DNA of 64,000 nucleotides from Octopus sinensis (Eukaryota): NCBI RefSeq assembly GCF_006345805.1, contig NC_043009.1, positions 34,906,001 to 34,970,000 of the forward strand, read 5' to 3'. Shown piece by piece: positions 24,231 to 34,884 of this stretch (position 1 is its first letter; each line of letters starts with the position of its first letter). The notes under the pieces were generated by a model. It saw only the letters and a program-made list of their open reading frames with translations, ran no database searches and was not told where the DNA came from. The position numbers and the translations under genes were made by a program.

Positions 24231-24329
24231 CCAGATCCGAACATTTTCACCAGTGACAGAAATCGCCGCTAATGAAAATGATGATGATGATGAAGATGAT
24301 AATTATAATGATGATGACGATAGTAATAA

Positions 24330-24900
24330 CAATCTATTTACCACATGGACAACAAACTACGAGATATTGCATGGAAAAATTACTAGAACTTGGGAATTTC
24401 TGAAAGATCGACTACAGAACATGATACAGGTGTGGAAAACGATAGCCTACAAAATGAATGGAAAGCATTGTCCCAAAAATAGTAAAACCATCTAGGATCA
24501 ATTACCAGATACAGTATAGTGGATCTTTATCAATGCTCAGAATCTTCCTGAGAAGGTCGACATTTTACTCATCACTTCTCTAGAATGCTATAGCAGATGT
24601 ATCAATGACTGAATTGCACGACTCTCTCACACATGTCAACATTCCAGAAGACAGGCATTTTCGCTTGAGCCAGAGTTATAGCTCCATGAAAGAGATGGAC
24701 TGTTGAAAGACATGTCTATGAAAAGACTACCGCACACGCTCACCATTTAGAAATGTCTGCAGATACAGTGACCTGAGTTAATGTCAGCTCATCATCAGTC
24801 ATTGTCTTATAACATCCTCTATGCAGTGGATGTCTAAAGGAGATGAACCTTGTGATCAAAGATCATGTCCCTTCCACAACAAGCGAATTCGGTAAGAAAA
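24330..24900 (+). mobile_element. Possible highly degraded RTE-type 3' fragment
   Basis: Only weak residual motifs; sits after a (GAT)n tract. Confidence 0.2.
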
Positions 24901-25227
24901 CGGTGACAAATCATGACACATATACATGTCACACTCACCAAGAAAGATACATAGAAACTATAGAGACATTTTAAATGAAGAAGAACACATTATTAATGTA
25001 ATATCTAGACACAGCATATCTTGAAGATAGACAGAATAGTCAACATTAGATTGCCTTTAATCATATATCCGCTAGGTCAGTCTTGAACTGTGGTTAAACA
25101 ACAGCAATAACGAAGATTAATGACAACTCAAAATGAAAGTATTGAAGTGGTCTCTTCTTCCTTTGCCGGAGATAACTGCCAGATCTCCTTCAAGTCACAA
25201 CTAAAAGCTCAAATAATAAAGGGGAGG

Positions 25228-25230
25228 AGT

Positions 25231-25319
<89 letters not shown>

Positions 25320-25448
25320 TATATATAATATATATATATATATATTATATATATATATATATATTATATATATATACATATATGTATGTATGTATATATA
25401 TATATGTATATATATGTATATATATATATATATATGTATATAGATATG

Positions 25449-25479
<31 letters not shown>

Positions 25480-25528
25480 GTATATATATATATGTATATA
25501 TGTATATGTATATATATGTATATATATG

Positions 25529-25578
<50 letters not shown>

Positions 25579-25605
25579 TATATATATATATATACACACA
25601 CACAT
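25228..25605. repeat. (TA)n/(CA)n compound microsatellite
   Basis: Read directly from the sequence. Confidence 0.95.
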
Positions 25606-25757
25606 CTAAAAAGTCGGATGATCATGTAAAGGAAATTTCTCATCATACAGTTAGTTTGCTCCAGCAGGGCTGTTTGCTTGCTGCTGTTGTTAAATTAACG
25701 ACAACAGCAACAGACAAAGGGAAGCGATATGTCACCAGAATAAATTGTTTTCCTTAC

Positions 25758-25850
25758 TTGAAACAGATTTTTTGTAAATAGTTTTTTCATTCCACAGAAC
25801 GTCTGCTTCAAATCCTATGTCTTGAGGTAAATAGGACAGTTTAGCACAAG
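25758..25850 (-). CDS. Gene B exon 3 ([31 protein letters not shown])
   Basis: Acceptor ttcttctttccAG, donor TCAA|GTAAGG, 93 nt, phase 1-1. Confidence 0.92.
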
Positions 25851-25994
25851 CTGGAAAGAAGAAAAAACAATATCTTTTGCAACTGGTGTATATAAACATA
25901 GGTCTCTTCAATGAGATTAACTGATAAATACTTTGAATTCATACATTTATATTCAACACTCCATGACAGCAACACCCACGCACGCAAGCGCACC

Positions 25995-26020
25995 CATACA
26001 TACATACATACATACATACA

Positions 26021-26054
<34 letters not shown>

Positions 26055-26330
26055 CATACATACATAAATACATACATACATGCATGCACGCATACATACA
26101 TACATACATACATACATACATAAATACATACATACATAAATACATACATACATACATACATAAATACATAAATACATACATACATACATACATACATACA
26201 TGCATGCATGCATACATACATACATACATACATACATACATACATGCATACATACATACATACATACATACATACATACATACATACATACATAATACAT
26301 ACATACATTCATACATACATATATACACAC
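25995..26330. repeat. (TACA)n microsatellite
   Basis: Read directly from the sequence. Confidence 0.95.
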
Positions 26331-26619
26331 GTACATGACCGTTTCCTCGTTCTCAAGTATAGTGGTGACGATGCTGGTACGTCAAATGATGGCTGTGCAT
26401 GAAACTTTCTAAAGTCTACAGTTTGTCGATGACTGCAGCAGGAATTAACACTGTCTATGAGTAATAGCAAAACCAAACTTGTGTACATTTTATTGAATGA
26501 CTTTAATATTTTCACCCATCATGTGACAGGTTTTGCTTTTGATCCTGCAGGAAGTTTAAACACCCTCCTCACTAAGCAAACCTAGTGGGGTTGTGAGTTT
26601 AGTCGCCGACGACCCAGCC

Positions 26620-27045
26620 GTGCAGCTGGTTGAAATGGATTACATGTTATCAGTTTTTGGAAGCACTCCGTCGGTTACGACGACGAGGGTTCCGGTTGAT
26701 CCAAATCAACGGAACAGCCTGCTCGTGAAATTAACGTGTAAGTGGCTGAGCACTCCACAGACACACGAACCCTTAATGTAGTTCTCAGGGATATTCAGCG
26801 TGACACAGAGAGTGACAAGGCCGGCCCTTTGAAATACAGGTACAACAGAAACGGGAAGTAAAAGTGAGAGAAAGTTGTGGTGAAAGAGTACAGCAGGGAT
26901 CACCACCATCCCCTGCCGGAGCCTCGTGGAGCTTTAGGTGTTTTCGCTCAATAAACACTCACAACGCCCGGTCTGGGAATCGAAACCGCAATCCTATGAC
27001 CGCGAGTCCGCTGCCCTAACCACTGGGCCATTGCGCCTCCACCTC
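26620..27045 (-). mobile_element. tRNA-derived SINE (family 4)
   Basis: Reverse complement of 33622-33885 head and body. Confidence 0.8.
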
Positions 27046-27086
27046 ATGTTATCAGTAGCACGCACAACGACCTGACATACATGGAT

Positions 27087-27160
<74 letters not shown>

Positions 27161-27677
27161 TCACATGTTCAAATATAAGTGAGAAGCAGCTTGAGTGTTG
27201 CTTCTCATTCATATTTGAATTTTTTTCTGTGGTATGAATCATTGGGACATACCAGCTGATGGTTCTTTCACCATTTTGCATTTAGTCGTAGAAAACGATT
27301 TAGCTTGCATCTGGCCTCGTATCGGGTATGTTTCGGAAGGCGAAGTACCGCTAAGCATTTCGCTCGGGAAACACACAGATACGGACTCAGAGAGCCCTGT
27401 GTGTTGTGCGTGTGTATGAATGTGTGTCTGTCTGAGTGCGTGTCTGAGTTTGTGTGTATCTTTGAGTGTGTTCATGTGAACATCTAGTGATTTTAGTCTC
27501 TAGATTGCAACGAAGCTTAGGCTTCCACAGGTTTAGATGAATCTTCAGTGTGCATTTGTGTGTCTGGTTATTGACTTATTTATCTCAGGAAACAGGGAAG
27601 AGAACGATGGCATCAGTGCGACTTGATTAAATAGGAAGGTGATGTGGATGAAGAAAATGATAGCGGTGATGATGTTA

Positions 27678-27762
<85 letters not shown>

Positions 27763-27791
27763 TTAATGGAAGGTGAATAAAATTCTCTTAC

Positions 27792-27965
27792 CCATATCAT
27801 TAATGTTCAGATCTTTCACATAGATAGGCAGGCAGCATTCCCATGTGTCTCCATTAAAATCACAATAGTGAGAATTTGCGTCAGCCATATTTGTTTTTGG
27901 CGACTCATACCACCCAATGGTATGAAGAAAAGACTTCCATAATGAGGTCAGATAATTTGCAGACA
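27792..27965 (-). CDS. Gene B exon 2 (SANYLTSLWKSFLHTIGWYESPKTNMADANSHYCDFNGDTWECCLPIYVKDLNINDM)
   Basis: Acceptor tctgtcttttatAG, donor ATGG|GTAAGA, 174 nt, phase 1-1, open. Confidence 0.9.
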
Positions 27966-28480
27966 CTATAAAAGACAGAGAAACACAGAGTTTTATATTA
28001 CATATAAAAAATATCTATAGCCGTACAGGTAGTCATGTATGCCCACGGTTATTAAACGTCACGCATAAACACACACACACACGCAAACTACACGTTCTGT
28101 CTGTCTGTCTCTCTCTCTCACACACACACACACTCGTCCCTCGCTCTATACGGTACACGATTTTCACTTCACGGTTTTCGTTTTGGTTGATTTGATTTAT
28201 ATTTGTGATTTCAAGTCTACAGAAACATCAGTTAATCACTTTCGAGAAAAAAAAAACGACGGAGGCGTTAAACGGCATCGTTTTTGAACAGTGGAAAACG
28301 CGTCTGGATCGATGCACTGCTTCAAATGGAGAGTACTTTAAAGGTGAGAAAACAGTAAGCATGTAAAACCATGTGAATAAAATAATATTGCAAAATTCCG
28401 GTTTCTTTTGGGTACTCCTCGTATTGGGTTTCGTATAATTGTACGCCAGAGTCACTTTGTTGGCTTGTGCTGCTCTCTAA

Positions 28481-28520
28481 TACATACATACATACATACA
28501 TACATACATACATACATACA

Positions 28521-28554
<34 letters not shown>

Positions 28555-28690
28555 CATGCATGCATACATACATACACACATACATACATACATACATACA
28601 TACATACATACATACATACATACATACATACATACATACATACACACATACATACATACATACTTACATACAAATATACATACATACATA
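28481..28690. repeat. (TACA)n microsatellite
   Basis: Read directly from the sequence. Confidence 0.95.
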
Positions 28691-30030
28691 CGTGCATAAG
28701 CAGTTGTCCGAAAATATCATCACGGTATTATCAACCGATGAAGCATGACGTGGTAGCTAGGACACTATATAATGAAATCCGTTGGAAGGGTTACCCGAGG
28801 ACAAAGAAATAAGAACTCACAGTATAGCCACTCATAATAAAAAAGGAGTACTGGTGGAATGTCTCAGTGAAGACCTTGTAGTGGATCCTGCAAGTATGAA
28901 GTGGATTCGATCCACCATAGCCAAATTTAAATTAACACTGCAGCAGAATTTTTCCCACGGTGGAACAATGGTTTTTCTCTGACAGCAGTTTGACATTCAC
29001 CAGATTGCCTTTAGCCAGGTCGAAATAATGTCTTCACCACTTGACCCTTTCTAACCTCTTCTACTTCACCAAAAGCTAGAACAAGACCACCAACTAAATC
29101 TGTTGTTCACAATGATATATCTATCCTTCTGGATAGTTATAAAAGCAAGAACAACCCAAGCAAAAATCAGTCGGTGACGACTCAACGAGTCCAGTCACAT
29201 CGTGATGACCGAAGTAGTTAGTCACTTTGGTGACAACGAAGTCTGGCTGACCAGCTAGAACCTTGGTCAAAGGGAGAAATGAAGTTCACTGTCAGCAACT
29301 GTGAGACAACACCATACAACTCTCACTAGCTCTAATTCTGTTCTCTTACAACATCATTCTACCTCTTTCTGTAAGTACTACTAAACAATAAAAAGGACAC
29401 AAACACAAACTTTACTTCGCATGCTTTTGAATTTATCATAACCTGCACGTCGAGGCAAGGTATTGTAACGTAACGGTAAATAAATATTTCCTTAAAACTT
29501 CGTGCATTGTCCATCTTTCACATCTTATAACTTGCGGTTATGACAACAAATTTTTATCGTTACAACTGCTGACTCCAACATTTCATAATATTGTTTACAA
29601 ATCAATTCCTCCTGTTACAACCTCAATAAAATGTAAGCACAACAGACCTGATATAATGATTTAGGATAGAGAAGAGAAACTGTGTACAGCTGTGGAAATT
29701 AGCTGTCCAGCGGATGTTAACATAAAGTTGAAGATCAGTGAAAAAGAGAATATTTATACTGAACTGAGAAATCTGTGGTTACCCTATCCAGTTTACAAGT
29801 TCAGGTTTATACCTGTAATTATTGGGGGCGTGGGGTATGTAACATACTGCCTAAATAATAATCTTGAGAAATTAAGCTTCTCAAAACCAGGAAAGAAAAA
29901 GCTGATTCGAAGACTATAGATCCGCTTCATCACTGGAACTGTAAAAATTGGTAAAACTTTCCAGAAATTTATCATTGAAGTATATATGAGCATGTCTAAA
30001 TATGCAAGGATATGCATGAGAATGCATACA
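28690..30030 (+). mobile_element. RLE non-LTR retrotransposon 3' fragment after (TACA)n, split by a solo LTR
   Basis: ISSCPKISSRYY..HDVVA. Removing the LTR restores EYWWNVSVKTSIKCKHNRPD, then VEISCPAD.N..EKEN.Y..IPVIIG..GTVKI.KTF. Confidence 0.85.
28877..29619 (-). mobile_element. Solo LTR, 743 bp, TG...CA, 4-bp TSD ACCT (Gypsy-type by TSD length)
   Basis: ACCT at 28873-28876 and 29620-29623; the host reading frame is restored on excision. Confidence 0.85.
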
Positions 30031-30099
30031 TAAAACAAAACATACAAATCTGCACGTTACAAAAAACATACATACAGCATTTCTACCCTGACTATAAAT

Positions 30100-30420
30100 T
30101 CTCATTTTACCTATCATCGTAAGTGCATTAGGTTATGTACCAACAAATTTGCACAAAAACCTAGAAATACTCGGTTTCACGGAAATCCAATCTATTAGTG
30201 GTACAGTGGAGTTTTATAACACATTGCAGAAATTTTCCACGAGAGATTCTTACGTGAACAGATGCACACACTTGGGTGTACTCATCGACAGTTCAACCAA
30301 CACATCAACTCAACCACATATTTAAGAACACCTAGAACTCTCTTCACAAAAAAGGTCTCGTTGCTTGAACTCTCTTTAAACCTTAGATAAAGCTCAAACA
30401 AAAATCATCCATCCATCCAT
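30100..30420 (+). mobile_element. RLE LINE extreme 3' end with (CATC)n tail
   Basis: Similar to 60670-60986. Confidence 0.6.
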
Positions 30421-30429
30421 ATAATCCAT

Positions 30430-30790
30430 CGTGGCATTCTATCGGTTACGACGACGAGGGTTCCAGTTAATCCAATCAACGAAACAGCCTGCTTGTGAAA
30501 TTAACGCGCAAGTGGCTGAGCACTCCACAGACACGTGTACTCTTCCTTAAGGAAGTTCTGGGTAAAATTCAGCGTGACACAAGGCTGGCCTTTTGAAATT
30601 TAGGTACAACAGAAACAGGAAGAAAGAGTGAGAGAAAGTTGTGGCGAAAGAGTACAGTAGGGTTCGTCACCAACCCCTGCCGGAGTTTCGTGGAGCTTTT
30701 AGGTGTTTTCGCTCAATAAATACTCACAACGCCCGGTCTGGGAATCGAAACCGCGATCCTATGACCTAACTACTGGGCCATTGCGCTTTC
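30430..30790 (-). mobile_element. tRNA-derived SINE (family 4)
   Basis: Near copy of 26640-27045. Confidence 0.8.
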
Positions 30791-30865
30791 TCATATAACC
30801 TATATTATATATATGTATAATATATTATGATATTTATTATATCTATTGTGTGTGTGAGAGTGTGT

Positions 30866-30905
<40 letters not shown>

Positions 30906-30914
30906 ATACTTAGT

Positions 30915-31309
30915 GCAGGTGCGTGGCTTAGTGGTTCGGGTATTCGGCTCAAGATATTATGGTTTCAAATTCCTGGCGGCTCGTTGTGTTCTTGATACAA
31001 AACACTTTATTTCATGTTACTACTTCACACTGGTAGCCACTGAACCTTCTATGTTTTCTCTGCTTATTTCTGTCTTCCTATCTGTTGAAGAGCGTAGGGT
31101 CGAAATGCAAAAGACTTTCTCACTTCCCGAGCGTTAAACTAATACATTTGTTTGTTGCTTACGCACCCGTCTTCGTCTTTTGATTTGCTTTTTTTGGTAT
31201 ATTTCAACTATATATATGTTACAGCCCCAGGCCGACCAAAGCCTTGTGAGTGGATTTTGTACACGGAAACTGAAAGAAGACTGTCATATATATTTGTGTG
31301 TGTGTGTGT

Positions 31310-31340
<31 letters not shown>

Positions 31341-31570
31341 TGTGTGTGTTGTGTGTGTGTGTTTGTGCGTGTGTGTGTGTTTGTTTGTACCTCTACCATT
31401 GCTTGACAACCGATGTTTCTGTGTGTACCTTCCCATAACTTAGGGCTTTTGGGAAAAGATACTGATAGAATAAGTACTAGGTTTATAAAGAATGAACCCT
31501 GCGGTCGATTATTTCGACTAAAGGCGATGCTCTAGCATGGCTGCAGTCACATGAGTGAAACAAGTAAAGC
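30915..31570 (+). mobile_element. SINE family 1 with a foreign insert and expanded (TG)n
   Basis: ggccgaccaaagccttgtgagtggatt core and tail match 40764-41155. Confidence 0.65.
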
Positions 31571-31902
31571 AATTAATAAGAATTAATCACAAGCAGGGTA
31601 TCTGTGCTAGTAATTAATAAAAATAATAAAATATTAATTTATAAGGTATAAACAAATTGTGAACATTTATATATGCATATGTACACACACACACACATAC
31701 ACACACATACATACATACACACATACATATAAATATACACACACATACATATATACATGTATACACGCGCAGAAACTTACATACACATACATGCATATAT
31801 AGGTGTATACACACACATTCTTCGTACCCATCACCCCCGTAAATGGTAATTAATATAGATCCATATTCGTCAATTCATTGTTAATGACATTTTGAATTAG
31901 TC

Positions 31903-32068
31903 TGTCTACGCAATTGCGTTTCTAGAAAAGTATATCTATTCTTAACGGTTTTAATAAAGTGTTGATATGTAATAAAATGTTGATGCTTAAATGTACATTT
32001 AAACATCAAAATTTTATTATAACCGTTAAGAATAGATATACTTTTCTAGAAACGCTATTGCGTAGACA
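31903..32068. mobile_element. Foldback MITE with about 48-bp inverted arms and internal hairpin
   Basis: Arms gtctacgcaa(t/a)..cttaacggtt with one mismatch. Confidence 0.6.
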
Positions 32069-32655
32069 CTCTGTTCAATAGATATAGAATAGTGGTACTA
32101 CAATGCACCAATATTTACAGGAAATAGCAGTTGATAATATACGACGCATTATCGCAAAGTTTCACTGTATATACATATATTGGCAAAGATGTTTGCGGGC
32201 GGCGAACATAACAAATTTCATCCTACCTGTAAAAAGAACATTAAATAAATGTACAACACAAATGTGGATAATCTAGGACCTAGGTTTCGAACTTTCCAAA
32301 TTACGTCTGTTAAAGTAGATTTGATTAGTTCTACTTGGCTAGATTCACCTAGACAAAATTTTGAATGCTGTTACATACATACATACATATCATGCACTAA
32401 CTGTTACTTTCTCAGATGCAGCACGGAATTTTGTCAGTAAACAGGTCGCGGTCTCAAAGCGACGAAAATATTTTGACAAATTAAATATAAATGTTGAAGT
32501 GAATCTAACGGTTTTTGTGTGATTTTTTAAATGGCTTATAAACACCTTCCACACTGCAACTGCTTTCGTTCCAGCACACAATCTCGGTTCAGGTCACTTG
32601 CTATATATATATATATATATATATATGATACATAATATATTATAAAAGGACTAAC

Positions 32656-32719
32656 CTTGTGTTGGCAACAACACTATGCCCAAGGAACAAAGGAGTAAGA
32701 GGAAATCAAATCTTGCCAT
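32656..32719 (-). CDS. Gene B exon 1: signal peptide (MARFDFLLLLCSLGIVLLPTQ+G)
   Basis: ATG at 32719-32717, hydrophobic core, phase-1 donor ACACAAG|GTTAGT. Joins exon 2 to give V-S-A|N. Confidence 0.87.
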
Positions 32720-32750
32720 GATAGTTGAAAACGATGTAAATGCTTGAATT

Positions 32751-32773
32751 GTTACTGACGCACCCTATTTATA
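32751..32773 (-). promoter_or_regulatory. Gene B proximal promoter: TATAAATA (32773-32766) plus CGTCAGTAAC
   Basis: Canonical TATA 47 nt upstream of the ATG. The 10-mer is shared with gene A. Confidence 0.5.
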
Positions 32774-33621
32774 GGATGTGTCAAGTTGGGCCGTTATAAG
32801 CAGCAAGAATTGTAAATACTATTTACTACACATATGTATATATTTATGTGTGTATATTTGTGTGTATGTGAACATAGAGCAACGTTTTATGTACACGTAG
32901 CATTAAATGGGAAAAACCGAAGCTAGTAGTTGGACCTATTGCATTATAAGCAACAACTATTGCATTAATTATAGATACAAAGGCAGCACTATGCATTAAA
33001 ACAGAAAATGAAACTGAAGTTAAAGCGAGACTATGAATCACATTTCCTAGCAAAGCACTTGGGTTTTCTCCGAAGCTATTCTAATGCGTCAGAAGAAACA
33101 GAAAGTAATATTTTCTGGAATATTTTTCATAAGCAAACCCACTCTCCTTTTTCAAATCTGTTTACAAATATAGAAGTAAATTCCTGGAATTATTTATTCT
33201 CTAGCTGTTTCAAATGTATAATTCATTATAATACCTAATTCCTCATGTTCTCTATAAACTACATGAAACATTTTTATTAAAGAGGGGTGGAGGGATTAAG
33301 AGCATAAAACTCATTCTTTTATTCTTTCACTGGTTTCAGTCATTAGATCCCGGCCATACTGAGGCATAGCTTTCAAGTGTTTTCATTGATTACGTCGAGC
33401 CCTGAAGTTTGCCGGATGTTTAATTTAAATCACTTCTTGAGGTTATCTCAACAGATATTCTATAGAAATTATAGACAGCACTGGATTTTGTTATGGCGTT
33501 TCGTATCCGAGACGTCAGATGTAAACAAACAATGAACTTGAAAATAAAAAAGAAAAAAAAGGCAAAGAGTGTGTATGCCATATTTCGAGAGTTTTTGCTT
33601 CTTCATCAACACCCATCTAAC

Positions 33622-33885
33622 GTGGAGGCACATGGCCTAGTGGTTAGAGCAACGGACTCGCGGTTGAGGGATCGCCGGTTCGAATCTCAGACCGGGCGAT
33701 GTGTGTGTTTATGAGCGAAACACCTAAGCTCCACGTGGCTCCTGCAGAAGGTAATGGTGAACTTCTGCTGACTCTTTCGCCACAACTTTCTCTCACTCTT
33801 TCTCCTGCATCTTGTAGCTCACCTGCGACGGATCGGCGTCCCGTCCAGGTGGGGAACCTTATGAGCCAGGCATGGCTCGAGAAGG
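33622..33885 (+). mobile_element. tRNA-derived SINE (family 4)
   Basis: A box TGGCCTAGTGG, B box GGTTCGAATC. Confidence 0.8.
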
Positions 33886-34884
33886 AACAAAAAAAAATCC
33901 ATCTAACCCATTAATAATCCACAGACACATTGCTTAGATAGCCACTAAACATAGCGGTGTAACGTTATTGCATGTGCCAATCTTACATATTAAACATATT
34001 CCTGGAAGCTGGTACGTAATTATCAATGACTTGTGAGGATACGATATTTCGTTATGCCACGATTAAGGGGGGCAAAACACCCTATTGATGGCATATTGAT
34101 CTCATTGTTTTTTTACAGCTGACGTCTCGGAATACGAAACGTTGTAACAAATTTCAGTGCTGGCTAAATTTTCTATAGAATATCTGTAGAGATAACCTTA
34201 GCGAGTGATGTAAAGCGCACTGCTAACACAGAATTACACGGTACTGACTAATAAAAACGTTTAATATATTTTATAGTATATAATAGTTGCATTACGAAAT
34301 ACTACGTCCCTGCAAGTCATTTAGTTTAAGGATCAGGTAGCAGAGTCGTTAAAACAGCGGACAAAATGCTTTGCAAGATTTGTTCCAGATCTATGCGTTC
34401 TGAGTTCAAATCCCGCCGAAGTCAACTTTACTTTTCCTTCTTTCGGGTCCGATAAAGTGGACTGACAGAATCATTACAACGTCAGATGGAACATCTTGTG
34501 GTATTTGTTGCAGTTCTTTTGCGAGTGTTCTGAGTTCGATCGATCTGTGGCCTAACAGTACCACCAATTTTTTGGTATCCTTTAAGGAAATCCACTTAAA
34601 GGAAATCTGCTATGATTCTACATACTATGGGCCCGGTTTCCCGGTTTCTGTGGCGTATGTGTTCCCTAACTGGACGGAACGCCAGTCCATCGCAGCGTTA
34701 CACATTTTTGCCAGCTGAGTGGACTGGAGCAACGTGAAATCTGCTATGATTCTATCTACTGGACCAGATCTCCTTCCACCATCCTTCCTGCCTGCAGTGC
34801 CGAAGGAGCAGCAATGAATCATGAATATTAAGCTCTTAACCAAACATAATTTCGTGTTGGACGCAAAAAATACTTGTCATAGTT

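Noticed and set aside
28400-28478. Possible extra phase-1 exon of gene B (ESSTSQQSDSGVQLYETQYEEYPKET)
   Set aside because: There is no GT donor or pyrimidine tract, the sequence matches the repeat terminus at 54011-54064, and exon 1 joins exon 2 directly to give VSA|N in both paralogs.
33622-33700. Genuine tRNA genes (also 9598, 14078, 40764)
   Set aside because: There is no complete cloverleaf, and each continues into a repeated SINE body.
34119-34150. CTGACG..GAAACGTTGTA hammerhead-like string
   Set aside because: A9 is missing and there is no stem I.
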